A DNA stretch of 64,000 bases. Origin: Octopus sinensis. Lineage: Eukaryota. The position numbers were made by a program, and so were the translations under genes. Shown piece after piece: positions 28,325 to 39,993 of the stretch (positions within the stretch are counted from its first letter, which is position 1; every line of letters begins with the position of its first letter). A model generated the notes under the pieces. That model saw nothing but the letters and a program-made list of their open reading frames with translations. It had not been told where the DNA came from and did no database searches. Location of the stretch: assembly GCF_006345805.1 (NCBI RefSeq), contig NC_042998.1:192200001-192264000 (forward strand), given 5' to 3'.

Positions 28325-28325
<1 letters not shown>
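28105..28325 (-). mobile_element. Retroelement (LINE-like) 3' end inserted in (GATA)n
   Basis: The minus strand ends TGTAATTTGTCCTATCTGTGTGCAGCCCTGTGTGGCTAATAAAGAAACATATCTATC; (GATA)n on both sides. Confidence 0.65.
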
Positions 28326-28422
<97 letters not shown>

Positions 28423-29521
28423 GCATATATAATATATAGTGTATATATATATATATGTATGTATGTATGTATTTATTCACAGGTACAGACATCAAAATGC
28501 ATATGGCTATATATGCTTGATGTGTGATGTATGCGTATGTGAGTGGAATGTTACAGTCTCTGTGCTTAATGTAGGTAAAGTGCATTCTTACATTCATGAA
28601 TAAATGTATATTTACATATTTCTTTTAGCACTGACCTTATTCCCAAGTGCTTCTAAGCGATTCACTTCCCACGTGATACATTTTACTATCGTGATATGAT
28701 TCCGAGGTGAATAGGAACATATCTAAAATTAATAGCAGTGAGGACACCAAAAAAAATAGAACACAAAAATCTATCGTGTTCTAATATAATTTAGTAACAT
28801 TAATGTGACTTTTAAGAGAATTCTGTTAGATTTTATGGTGTTAAGCAAAAGGATAGAATCTCAATGATATATCACTGTTTTGCCACTTTATTTCCAAAAC
28901 ATATTAATTCGTCAACATTCCACATCTCTAAGCTACATCTGCCTCTTCATAATATTGTTAGCCATTTATATATCGTCTTTGTTCTTTTGTTGTTTATTTT
29001 CCGTGTGCTCTTCAAAGTCAGTCGGTTCTAGCAGTAGCAAAGATTCATTGATACATGTGTAAAAAATCTACAGATCTTTATATCGATATAAAATTATATT
29101 TTATGGAAAACATGTATGTAATTCACAAAATATGAACAAATTAATATTACTGTTTAATAGGCTACAGCGTATAAGTAGACATTATGCCAATCTCTACAAA
29201 AGCATATCACAATCTTCCTCCTCCTCATCATCTTCATCACAATTTCTAATATATGTGTAGAGTGAAAATGTATTTTTCCTACTCTTTTTGAGACACGATC
29301 ATTTCAAATATTATCAAATAAAATTTTTATTGTAAAAAAAAAGCTGCAACTGTGTAAGGAAGATCTGCTGTCCATAGCTGGGCATAGAAAACACAAAAAA
29401 AGTGCCTTGTTTCACAAACGTTTAAAATTTTATTTACACTCACCACGATTTCACTTCCAAAATGGCTGCCGCACATAATTATATTCCACTAGAAACAAAT
29501 AACACAACCAAGCATCAACAC

Positions 29522-29599
29522 GGCATATGGAGTAGTGGCTAAGAGCGAGGGCTACTAAGCCCAAGATTCCGAGTTCGATTCCAGGCAGTGACTTGAATA

Positions 29600-29644
<45 letters not shown>

Positions 29645-29850
29645 GTAATGACGACAACAACAACAACAATAACAACATCGAAACATAACTTAGGAATGAG
29701 AACCCAGGTTCGAAATTTCCCCAAAACTCCTGATTAAGGCTGGAGAGTATATCAGCCGAAACGTTGTGTTAACAACAAACAAGATGAGGACGAATATCCG
29801 TCAAATGTAAATAATGTAAATAATGTACATCTCTTAAGTATAGAACTGTA
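29522..29850 (+). mobile_element. Composite element: tRNA-like Pol III head + (AAT/AAC)n + hammerhead-like, Penelope-pLTR-like 3' part
   Basis: A-box TGGAGTAGTGG (29528-29538), B-box GAGTTCGATTCC (29571-29582), hammerhead-like motif at 29725-29770, and TGTAAATAA repeats near the 3' end. Confidence 0.7.
29725..29770 (+). ncRNA. Minimal type-I hammerhead ribozyme-like motif (subfamily 1), G8U mutant
   Basis: AACTC-CTGATTA-A-GGCTG-(10 nt)-CAGCC-GAAA-C-GTT-GTGTT; stem I pairs 4 of 5, stem II pairs 5 of 5. Confidence 0.65.
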
Positions 29851-30543
29851 AACAACATCAGTTGTTCAGTTGTGATGCCTTATCTTATTGTTCAATTCCA
29901 GACACTAGTAATAGTGTGAAAGCAATTCCAGACACCACTAATAGTGTGAAAGCAAACCTGCCGTCAGTACTAAATGCACATAGAGAATTCCGGGGGCTAT
30001 TACAGTCGCAAGAACATTATAGGGGAAGGATATTATATAATCAACGGCATCCATTTGCCTTATGAGTTAATCCAAAAGAAAACGAAGAGGAAAAATTATA
30101 TATCTTGGTCTATGAAAATGTGGAGGATTTTTAAATTTCCCTGTATTTTATGTAGTACATAAAACGGGAGGAGTTTAACTGAAACGATAAGAAAAACGAT
30201 GTGACTCTATTTGCTATACATGTAAATTGAAAACGCAGTCAAAATACACGCTAAAATTATTTAACATTCCTCTGTCTATACATTTGTGCCCCGGTTCACG
30301 GGTCAAAGAAGGAATATTTACAATAGATTTTAGACATATCTTAGACCCAAGCTTGTAGTAACTGTTGCATCGCAATGGTCAGGAAATGTCATGAGGGATT
30401 TTTAAGTTCTGAAGATCCCTGAATGTCCCAAAACAATACCAGAATTGACCTAGCAGAAGGGGCTGAGACAAAGAGCATGCATTAGAGGATACAGGCTAGA
30501 ATGTCTAATTACGTTCCAAGGGGCGAAATGCATCTTAGAAATG

Positions 30544-30900
30544 CATCATGATCGTAAGATTGTGGTTTCGATTCCTGGACCGGGTGACACGTTGTGTTCT
30601 TGAGCAAAACACTTCAAGAACTTGAAAAATAAAATTAAAATATGGAAAATAGAAAAATATTCGTGTAGAGAAAAGAAAAGGGACCCCGGCCAAAAATCTG
30701 GAGATAAGAAAGGAAATATCTTTAGACCCTATCATAAATAGATAAGTGTAGGTGCTTGGCTTAGTGGTTAGGGTGTCGGCATCATGATCGTAAGATTGTG
30801 GTTTCGACTCCTGGACCGGGTGACGCGTTATGTTCTTGAGCAAAACAATTCATTTCACGTTACTCCAGTCCACTCAGCAGGCAAAAATGAATAACGCTCA
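30544..30900 (+). mobile_element. Two partial SINE family D 5' segments (30544-30617 and about 30750-30900)
   Basis: Repeated CATCATGATCGTAAGATTGTGGTTTCGAYTCCTGGACCGGGTGAC..GTT.TGTTCTTGAGCAAAACA. Confidence 0.75.
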
Positions 30901-31360
30901 TACCAAGATAATTGTATCTTGGTATAAGGATGACTTACTTAGTGGAATTGGATAAGAACTTGTTAGGGTGTGTAGGCTGCTATTTCTAGGTCAGATATCT
31001 ATGCTATTACTATTACATAGCACAGGATACACTACAGCTAGAATGGTTAGTTCCTTCAATATATCACACCATGCAAGAATAGTAAGAGCGGTTTGGAAGT
31101 AATGGTAAAGAAGAACGAGGCTAGAAAGACTCAAGACAATTAGCCAGATCAATTAGTACCAGGTTCCTTATAACGTAATCCTTGACGAAAAGAATAAGAC
31201 AGTTACCGTCTCTATTGACCGGTTTTTATAATGCATCTAACAACAGTGAGAACTGCCAGAATCAGCTGATGATGTTGACATCGACGATCCGCGCCCATCT
31301 GCATCTACAATGTAAACACCACAAAATCTTACGTATTGGTAATTTTAAAATACTTTATTT

Positions 31361-31766
31361 ACTCTTTTACTCTTAGACTTGTTTCAGCCATTTGACTGCG
31401 GCCATGCTGGAGCACCGCCTTTAGTCGAGCAAATCGACCCCGGCACTTATTCTTTGTAAACCCAGTACTTATTCTATCGGTCTCTTTTGCCGAACCGCTA
31501 AGTGACGGCGACATCAACACACCAGCATCGGTTGTCAAGCAATGCTAGGGGGACAAACACAGACATACAAACACATACACACATATACATATACATATAT
31601 ACGACAGGCTTCTTTCCGTTTCCGTCTACCAAATCCACTCACAAGGCTTTGGTCGGCCCGAGGCTATAGTAGAAGACACTCTGCCCAAGGTGCCACGCAG
31701 TGGGACTGAACCCGGAACCAAGTGGTTGGTAAGCAAGCTACTTACCACACAGCCACTCCTGCGCCT
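31361..31766 (-). mobile_element. SINE family A, full length
   Basis: Complete copy. Confidence 0.92.
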
Positions 31767-32123
31767 TATAATAGGTTTTTATTAACCGTGTCATATCGAA
31801 AATGCATTTATAAATAAAGTACATCACTGGGGAATGGCTAGTACCGATGTAAACACCACCCAATTGTACGTATTGGTATTTTAAGATACCTCAGTTCTTT
31901 TTGTTGTTTTTACTGTATTATAAAATAAATACATTTGTTTGTAAACTTAATATAGGTTCTTATTAACAATGTCTTATCGAAAATGCATTCATAAATAAAG
32001 TACAGCACTGGGGAATGGCTATTAGCAGTTCAGGCTAGGCTAGGCCAAGCCTAGCCGAGCCTATAGACAAGCAATTCGACTTACGTCGTGTCTCCTGCAA
32101 CCAATTAATGATTTAGGGTGAGG

Positions 32124-32285
<162 letters not shown>

Positions 32286-32302
32286 TATATACATATATAT
32301 AT

Positions 32303-32563
32303 ATGGGATTGCACCTAGAAAGTTACCCTCCTAGACACAAGTCCGGGCAAGGTTGTTTATGGAAGGCCAGCAGTCGCCCATGCATACCAGCCTCCCCTCT
32401 CCACGCCACCAGTGTTAACCAAGGGAAAGACAAAGGTCGATACAGCTTGGCACCTGTGACGTCGCAACTCATTTCTACAGCTGAGTGAACTGGAGCAACG
32501 TGAAATAAAGTGCCTTGCTCGAGAACACAACACGCAGCCCGTTCCGGGATTCGAGCTCACAAC
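32303..32563 (-). mobile_element. SINE family D, 5'-truncated, between (TA)n arrays
   Basis: Homologous to 6050-6378. Confidence 0.82.
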
Positions 32564-32624
32564 TATATACATACATATATATATACATATATGTATATAT
32601 GTGTATATATATATATATACATAC

Positions 32625-32758
<134 letters not shown>

Positions 32759-32771
32759 ATACATATATATA

Positions 32772-33501
32772 AGCTGGGCCACTCATATAAACACCAAAGT
32801 TGACATGGCCCGCAGAATGTGTTCCTGGATTCTCAGAACTTTCCAGTCGAGAGATATCCACACCATTATCCTTCTCTTCTCCACTTTTGCCCGACCCCAC
32901 CTTGAATACTGTTGTCCACTGTGGTCTCCCCACACAATACAAGGTATCATAAAAGTTGAAGCACCTCAAAGGGCAATCACAAAAAAGATAGATGGCATGA
33001 CAGGCCTCGACTATTGGGGTCGACTAGAAAAGCTAAAACTCTATTCTCTCCAACGTCGTCGTGAGCGCTACATCATCTGCATGATGTGGAAAATATTCCA
33101 TCAGCATTGCCCAAATGATGTTGGCATCACCTTTAAGGTACATCCAAGGCTTGGGCCCCGTGCCATCCGCCCAAAACAAAAATCGCACTCTCATCTCATA
33201 ACAACAATACGGCACAATTATTTCACCTCAATTGGCCCCGCTCTCTTTAACATTACACCAAAACACATTAAAACAGAAACTGACCCTATAGGGTTCAAGA
33301 AGTCTTTGGACAGATTCCTTCAAGAAATCCCGGATAAACCCCCTACACCCGGATATGTCTCTGTAAACAATAACTCTCTACTTGAGTGGGCCATAGTGCC
33401 CAAATTCTGACTTGAAATACTTCACCAGGTGGTGCTATTGAGTTAGACATGGCCTGGGCCAATAATGGCCGAAACCTATCAAAGTATCAAAGTATCAAAG
33501 T
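32772..33501 (+). mobile_element. CR1/L2-group LINE 3' end (5'-truncated) with open ORF2 C-terminus and (ATCAAAGT)3 tail, inserted in (TA)n
   Basis: [24 protein letters not shown]...[14 protein letters not shown]...[11 protein letters not shown]...FKKSLDRFL, stop at 33410. Confidence 0.93.
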
Positions 33502-33506
33502 ATATA

Positions 33507-33538
<32 letters not shown>

Positions 33539-33551
33539 CATATATTATATA

Positions 33552-33590
<39 letters not shown>

Positions 33591-33591
33591 C

Positions 33592-33669
<78 letters not shown>

Positions 33670-35632
33670 TGTTACAGGAAATAACAAAGGACAATTGAAC
33701 AACTTCAAAATCTGCGGATTTGTCTAGAAGAAAAGTTTATTGCAGGACAATTAACTTACGTAAAAGTGAGCAGGTCTCAGAATGGACGTAATTTAAAAAT
33801 CTATTGTACACCTAGTTGTTCGCTGACATGAGAAACCCACTATTGATATGACTTATTACTGAATGACACTAAGGCACTTACACTTTCGGACCATTTTACC
33901 AGCTTCTCGTATTGCTAATTTAAACTTCATCCTGAAATTGCACAATATCCTGATGTATGAGTTAAGCTAATGTTTCACTTAATCGATTTTCATCATGTAT
34001 TATTTATCTGAAAAGGTTGCTTTGCTGATGGATCTACGTTTTTTTTTTTAATAACGTAGCTAGAACGCCTGTGGAAATGACGGCTCTCTCGTATATTATT
34101 ACACAACAGTTAACTTGTAATAATCATGAAACTGGTATTATTTATTGCTTTCTCTTGTGTGCCTGCATAATGATTATATACGGCAACAATGCAGTCCTTC
34201 CAAATTGTTGCAAATGACATCTAATAATCTGCAGTCATAATGAACAAATAAGTCATGAAGATGTTTTGGCCAAAGGCATATCGGAAGTACCAATAACAGT
34301 AAGTTCAGTTTGATCTATAGGACTGGACGTTCACGCGGAGTTGGCATTGCCCCTGCTCTGCATAACTTCTGCATATGAAATAAAAGTATTTTTTAGTAGC
34401 TTCTTGCTTAAGCCATTATTTAGCCGACGATAAATACAGGACAAATGAAGTTTTATTGGGAAGTGTAATATATGTTTTTCTTGACAGCCGAATTGCGTCT
34501 TATTTATATAATACAATGAGATGAAAAACACCGACCGAGTGAGATTATCTAAGCAATTATCAGATAGAAACTTCCTCAATGTGCCTTAAGATTTAAAAAA
34601 TAAGCAGCAATGCAGAAATCTCCATTAAAATTCAGTTGACTGGAATTTTTATAGAATACTGACAAGATGGATTGAAGTAGCTCTTATTTAAAGCCATCTG
34701 ATGAAAACAATGGGCATCGTTCATTCTTAGATCTCCTTAGCGAAGTAAATTTTACGCAGTCGATAAAACTTAGAAGTGATCAGTTCATAGAGAAATAGGA
34801 TAAATTATGAAATGGTGCTAATTTTGAATAACAACAATTTGGATGAAAAAATAATTAAATGGAGCTTTCTGTAGAGGAAATACGTATGGGTTAACATCTC
34901 ACACATGTAATGCAGTGAGTCGAAGACGTCAAATAAACTAGAATTGTTCAAATGCGATTAATTGACAAAATTCTCCTATTGATGCATTTAAAATCTAAAA
35001 ACAGACAATAAGAAACATGTCATTCAGATTAGTACTTCGAAGCTGTTCAGCAATAAAGATAATGCATATCAAACTAAGTCGAATCTTTAAATCCGACTAG
35101 TGATAACAAGGGGTATGTTTTCGTTTTATTAAACTTCTTTTGCGAAATATTTTCCAACAAATCATTTTCGATAATACTAAGAGTGACTAATATTTATTTA
35201 AAGACAGAAGAACCGTCGCAATTCTATGAATATCAACAATACGATAGAGGAGGATGCTAAAAAAGAGCATACTACATATAATATAAATTCGATAGGGTCA
35301 CACGTATTTATGGCAGTGAGTCATATACGTCATCCCATTGAGATCGTCCAATCAACCATTAGAAAAAATTCCCTCCGGATCACAATCTGCATAAATAACA
35401 AACATGATAACGCTACTAGGTGGGTATAAGGCTCTTTGTTCGGTATTCAGTATTCTTCTTCATCCTTACATGGAACGTCTAAGGAAATGATGACTAACTT
35501 GAATATTTTAACGCATATGTTAACCAATTATATAAAGTAGTGAGATTGATTTATAAATCATCATATTTATCTGCGTGCTAAGTAAATACGAAAGCAGTTC
35601 ATACAAACTATACTAATATTCTGTAATCATAA

Positions 35633-35820
35633 TAGCACAAGGCTAGAAAGTTTAGGGAAGGAGTTAAATTGATTACATCGACCCCTATGCTCAAGTGGTA
35701 GATACTTAATCGATCCTCAAAATCAACCTCGGCAGAATTTGAACTCAGGACGTAAGGACAGACGAAATGCCTCTAAGCATTTTGTCCGGCGTACTAAGAA
35801 ATCTGCTAGCTCACCGCCTA
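35633..35820 (-). mobile_element. SINE family B, older copy
   Basis: 12-bp TSD CTGTAATCATAA (35621-35632 and 35821-35832). Confidence 0.82.
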
Positions 35821-35964
35821 CTGTAATCATAAAGACAAATATATCGTAAAGTGAATTATGATAACGACATACTATAAGTAAAGACATACCGTAGCATAAG
35901 ATTCTAAGTTTGTTTGGGAGAAAGATTTACGGAGCGTAGGGTAAGCAATGTTTCTGTTTGACTG

Positions 35965-36290
35965 TGATAATCTGGGATATATAGCTATGGTAATCAACGG
36001 CTAAGGTCCTAAGTTAGTGTGGTTTGATATCTCTATACTTGTTGACAGAAATGTAATGCAGAAAAATATCGAAAAGCTATCAGTTTACGAAGATCTTGAA
36101 ATGAAAATAAACAAGATATGGGTTATGAATATAGAAATAATACCAATAATAATTTGTGAACTAGGTATGAGAAAGAACATGAACAGAGACATAAAGACCA
36201 TATCAAAACTCACCAATCTACAAACCATGCAAATTACAGTCCTAAAATTTAAAAGTCACATCATCCGCCAAACATTTTTAATGTAATAGC
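35965..36290 (+). mobile_element. Decayed restriction-like-endonuclease C-terminus of an R4/Dong-type LINE
   Basis: FDISILVDRNVMQKNIEKLSVYEDLEMKINKIWVMNIEIIPIIICELGM...SHIIRQTF resembles IDVSIP.D.N...KE.EK..KY.DL..EI..MW......PIIVGALG. Confidence 0.75.
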
Positions 36291-37040
36291 ATAATGGATG
36301 CCGTGTATTTCGTGCAAAGTATGTGCTGTTCGAGTTTTACACAATCAGATCTTAAAAGTATGTCATGACCCACACAACACTTATACATAATTGATCTTCG
36401 GCATCACAATACAATGCACGTGACAAAGTCTACACAATAATCACCGACGCGTCATAAAACATATGAAATATATCTTACATAATCGCCGCACGATATCATA
36501 GCATGAATCACTCATGACACATTTAACTCAATACCACCCGGTTAGGACGAGGGTATCTTTATACATAGATACGAAGAGAATTTTAAATATTCTGATAACC
36601 ATTTTCTGAATCGAATCGATTTCGGTGATCAACGCTTTCATTTTCTCCACTTCTTCTACTCTTCGTCCCTATGTTGATACGAAGTCTAAGTGACTTAAAT
36701 AACTCAATATACAAAGGCTGCAGTCATCATGAATTTTCTAATGACATTAAAGACAATGTAAGTAAAACCAGACTGCATTCTCAGCTTGATACTAACTTAC
36801 CACTGCATGGCCGCACACGTAACTGCCAATAATTAAAATTAATAAACCACATTATCTAGCTCCCCGAAGATAAATTCTCAATTTAATTCATATAAATCAA
36901 ATTTCCTTTTACGGACTATTTACAGGTCTGATCAGAAACCTTAATGTACTAAAAGGGATATATCTTTTATAAGAGATATTAGTAAAACCATTTATAAAAT
37001 AGATACAGTTAATATATGTATATATATATGTATATATACA

Positions 37041-37464
37041 GCAGGAGTGGCTGTGTGGTAAGTAGCTTGCTAACCAACCACATGGTTCCTGGTTCAGTTC
37101 CACTGCGTGGCATCTTGGGCAAGTATCTTCTGCTATAGCCCCGGGCCGACCAATGCCTTGTGAGTGGATTTGTTAGACGGAAACTGAAAGAAGCCTGCCG
37201 TATATATGTATATATATATATATATGTATAAGTGTGTGTGTATATGTTTGTGTGTCTGTGTTTGTCCCCCTAGCATTGCTTTACAACCGATTCTGGTGTG
37301 TTTACGTCCCCGTCACTTAGCGGTTTGGAAAAACAGACCGATAGAATAAGTACTGGGCTTACAAAGATTAAGTCCCGGGGTCGATTTGCTCGACTAAAGG
37401 CGTTGCTCCAGCATGGCCGCAGTCAAATGACTGAAACAAGTAAAAGAGTAAAAGAGTAAAGAGT
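37041..37464 (+). mobile_element. SINE family A, full length
   Basis: Complete copy in a TA-rich context. Confidence 0.92.
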
Positions 37465-37480
37465 ATATATATATACATAT

Positions 37481-37523
<43 letters not shown>

Positions 37524-37524
37524 A

Positions 37525-37740
37525 TAAAGTTAATCCAACAAGAAAGCACAAAAAATACAACAACGCGAGGACGTGGTACAAATATAGTATTATTGGACGC
37601 TCAGGAAAGAAGGAAAGAAGGAGGGTTTAACGTTTCGAGCGGAGCTCTTCGTTGGAAACATAGGAGAAGGAAAGATCCAGAGAAGGGAAGACAGAGGAAA
37701 AGAAATCGCCAACGGTACACACGAGGTCACATTTTGAAAG
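37525..37740 (-). mobile_element. Short hammerhead-bearing element (subfamily 2), flanked by (TA)n
   Basis: Homologous to 52811-52955; motif at 37625-37659 reads GTTT-CCAACGA-A-GAGC-TCC-GCTC-GAAA-C-GTT-AAAC on the minus strand. Confidence 0.7.
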
Positions 37741-37783
37741 ATATATAGATATATATAAATATATATATATACATATATATATG

Positions 37784-37817
<34 letters not shown>

Positions 37818-37840
37818 TGTATGTATGTATGTATGTTGAT

Positions 37841-38002
37841 GCAGGTGTGGATGTGTTGTAAGAGGTTTGCTTCTCAACTCCATATTTCCATGTTCAGTTC
37901 CTCTGCGTAGTATCCTGGAAAAATGTTTTGTACGCTAGCGTCGCGGTGACTAATATCTTCTGAGTTAATTCGGTGGACGGAAACTGAAAGAAGCCCCTCG
38001 TA
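37841..38002 (+). mobile_element. SINE family A, diverged 5' half
   Basis: Ends GACGGAAACTGAAAGAAGCCCCTCGTA directly upstream of the hammerhead tandem. Confidence 0.75.
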
Positions 38003-38019
38003 TATTGTTTTTTTTTCTG

Positions 38020-38348
38020 TGTCCCTTTCTGTAGATGAGCGTAGGCTCGAAACGTAAAAGACTTTTTCTATTCCTGAGCGTTATACTAATACATCTGTTT
38101 GTTTTGTACACCACCTGTCTTCGTCTTTTGTTTTTTTTTCGTAAACCCTTCCTATATTGATTCGTTAGCTACTGCACGCATTTTTTTTCTCTCCTTCTTT
38201 CTGTGTTTTTCTCTCTCTCTGTATCTTTCTGTTGAAGAGCGTAGGCTCGAAACGTTAAAGACTTGTTTCCTGAGCGCCATACTAATACAATTGTTCGTTT
38301 GTTTTCCACCTGCCTTCGTCTTTTGTTTATTTTCATAAAGCCTCCCGT
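38020..38348 (+). mobile_element. Tandem pair (200-nt period) of hammerhead-bearing units (subfamily 3)
   Basis: Motifs at 38025-38060 (CTTT-CTGTAGA-T-GAGC-GTAG-GCTC-GAAA-C-GTA-AAAG) and 38224-38261 (TCTTT-CTGTTGA-A-GAGC-GTAG-GCTC-GAAA-C-GTT-AAAGA). Confidence 0.72.
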
Positions 38349-38369
38349 TATATATATATATATATATAT

Positions 38370-39958
38370 GTTAGTTAGTTAGTTAGTTAGTTAGTTAATT
38401 TGGCTCAAAAGCAAATAGCAAGGACATGTAGGGGGACATGGAGTTAAGTACAGGGTGGTGTTCATGTAAAGAGTTCAGGCCACTTGAGGTCAAGAGAGGC
38501 TTTGTACAAAGCGGTCGTCGGCATCTTCACCATCTCGTCTGGCAGCTTGTTCCACGGATCCGAAACCCGGACGGAGAAAGCTCCTCTCCTTCGATTGAGA
38601 TGAAATCGTCGCAGGTAGAGCTTTTCGGAATGACCCCGCAGCCGACGCACTGGAGCAGGAGTGAAGAACAGCTCTTTCGAGAGGTTACACTTTCCGCTTA
38701 TGATGTTGTGGGCGAGAATGAGATCACCACGGCGGCGGCGTTTTTCAAGAGAATAAAGGTCGAGCGTCCTCAGCCTTTCTTCATAGGACAAATTTTTGAG
38801 ACCGTGAACCATGCGAGTAGCCAGCTTCTGGACTCTTTCGAGATGCTGTATGTCTTTGAGGAGATAAGGAGAAGAGGCTTGAATCCCGTACTCCAATATG
38901 GGTCTCACCAGCGTGACATAGAGTGGTAGGAATATGGCTGCTGTGAGCATTCCGAATGACCGTCGAATCAAGAACAGAATTCCGCGTGCTTTGTTGGCAG
39001 CATGGACGCACTGGGCCGAAGGCGAAAAGGAGGAATCCACCAAGATACCCAGGTCCTTTACCTGATCGGTCCTCTCCAGCAGCAGACGACCCGGCTCGAA
39101 ATCAAGTTGAGTTGCAGGAGGAGAGCCAACAGGCAGATGACAGCACTTTGACACGTTCAGACACAGGTCCCATTCGTTAGACCACTTCCAAATTTGGTGG
39201 AGGCATCGACGAAGATCCTCTATATCACCGCGAGGAGCGACCAGTTTGATATCGTCGGCAAATAGAGGGGTGTGTTGCGTGAGGTCGTCGGGCAAGTCAT
39301 TTATGAAGACTAAGAACAATAAGGGCCCAAGCACTGAACCCTGAGGCACGCCACTGCTCGCACTGGAGACGTCGGACCGCAAACCATTAACTTGGACTTG
39401 GAAGGAGCGATCTGAGAGGAAGGCACCAACCCATCGTACAATATCCGGATGGAAACTATATGCTTGAAGCTTGACAAGTAATAGGCGGTGGTTTACCGAG
39501 TCAAAAGCTTTGGCAAAGTGCAATGAAACGATGTCAACAGCATCACTATCATCGAGGATGCGCGTCACCAATTCTTCCATTACCAGTAAGTTGGTCAAGC
39601 ATGATCTCTTCGGCACGAAGCCGTGTTGGGAATCAGAGATAGAGGCTGTGTTTTGGAGGTGGAGCATCATACTTTTCTTAAGGATGGTTTCGAACATCTT
39701 GCTGATTATTGATGTAAGGGAAACCGGAGGTAGTTAAGCGGGTCTTCGCGGCTCCCTTTCTTGAAAATTGGGCAGATTATCGCTGTTCTCCAGTCCGCAG
39801 GTATAACACCCGTCGCCAATGACATATTGAATAGACGTGTTAAGGGCTCGCAGATGACCGGAGCCAACGCTTTGATAACCCGTGGGTGTATGCCATCAGG
39901 GCCGTGACCCTTGTTGACATCGAGGCCTTGAATAACACGTTTGACTTCGTCCCGCGTG
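38370..39958 (-). mobile_element. CR1-clade LINE, 5'-truncated, with RT domain (ORF 39697-38462) and one frameshift near 39730; (TAAC)n tail; inserted in (TA)n
   Basis: QHGFVPKRSCLTNLL, FAKAFDSVNH, GVPQGSVLGPLLF, FADD; upstream frame KGHGPDGIHP...WRTAIICPIFKKG; the motif A Asp appears as His (SLHFAKAFD). Confidence 0.97.
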
Positions 39959-39961
39959 ATA

Positions 39962-39993
<32 letters not shown>

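Noticed and set aside
29896-29956. Two approximately 30-bp direct repeats resembling CRISPR repeats
   Set aside because: They are adjacent with no spacer and in eukaryotic context; a simple tandem duplication.
33445-33480. GGCC-AATAAT-GGCC-GAAAC in the LINE 3' UTR
   Set aside because: It lacks CUGANGA and is better explained as the usual LINE 3' stem-loop.
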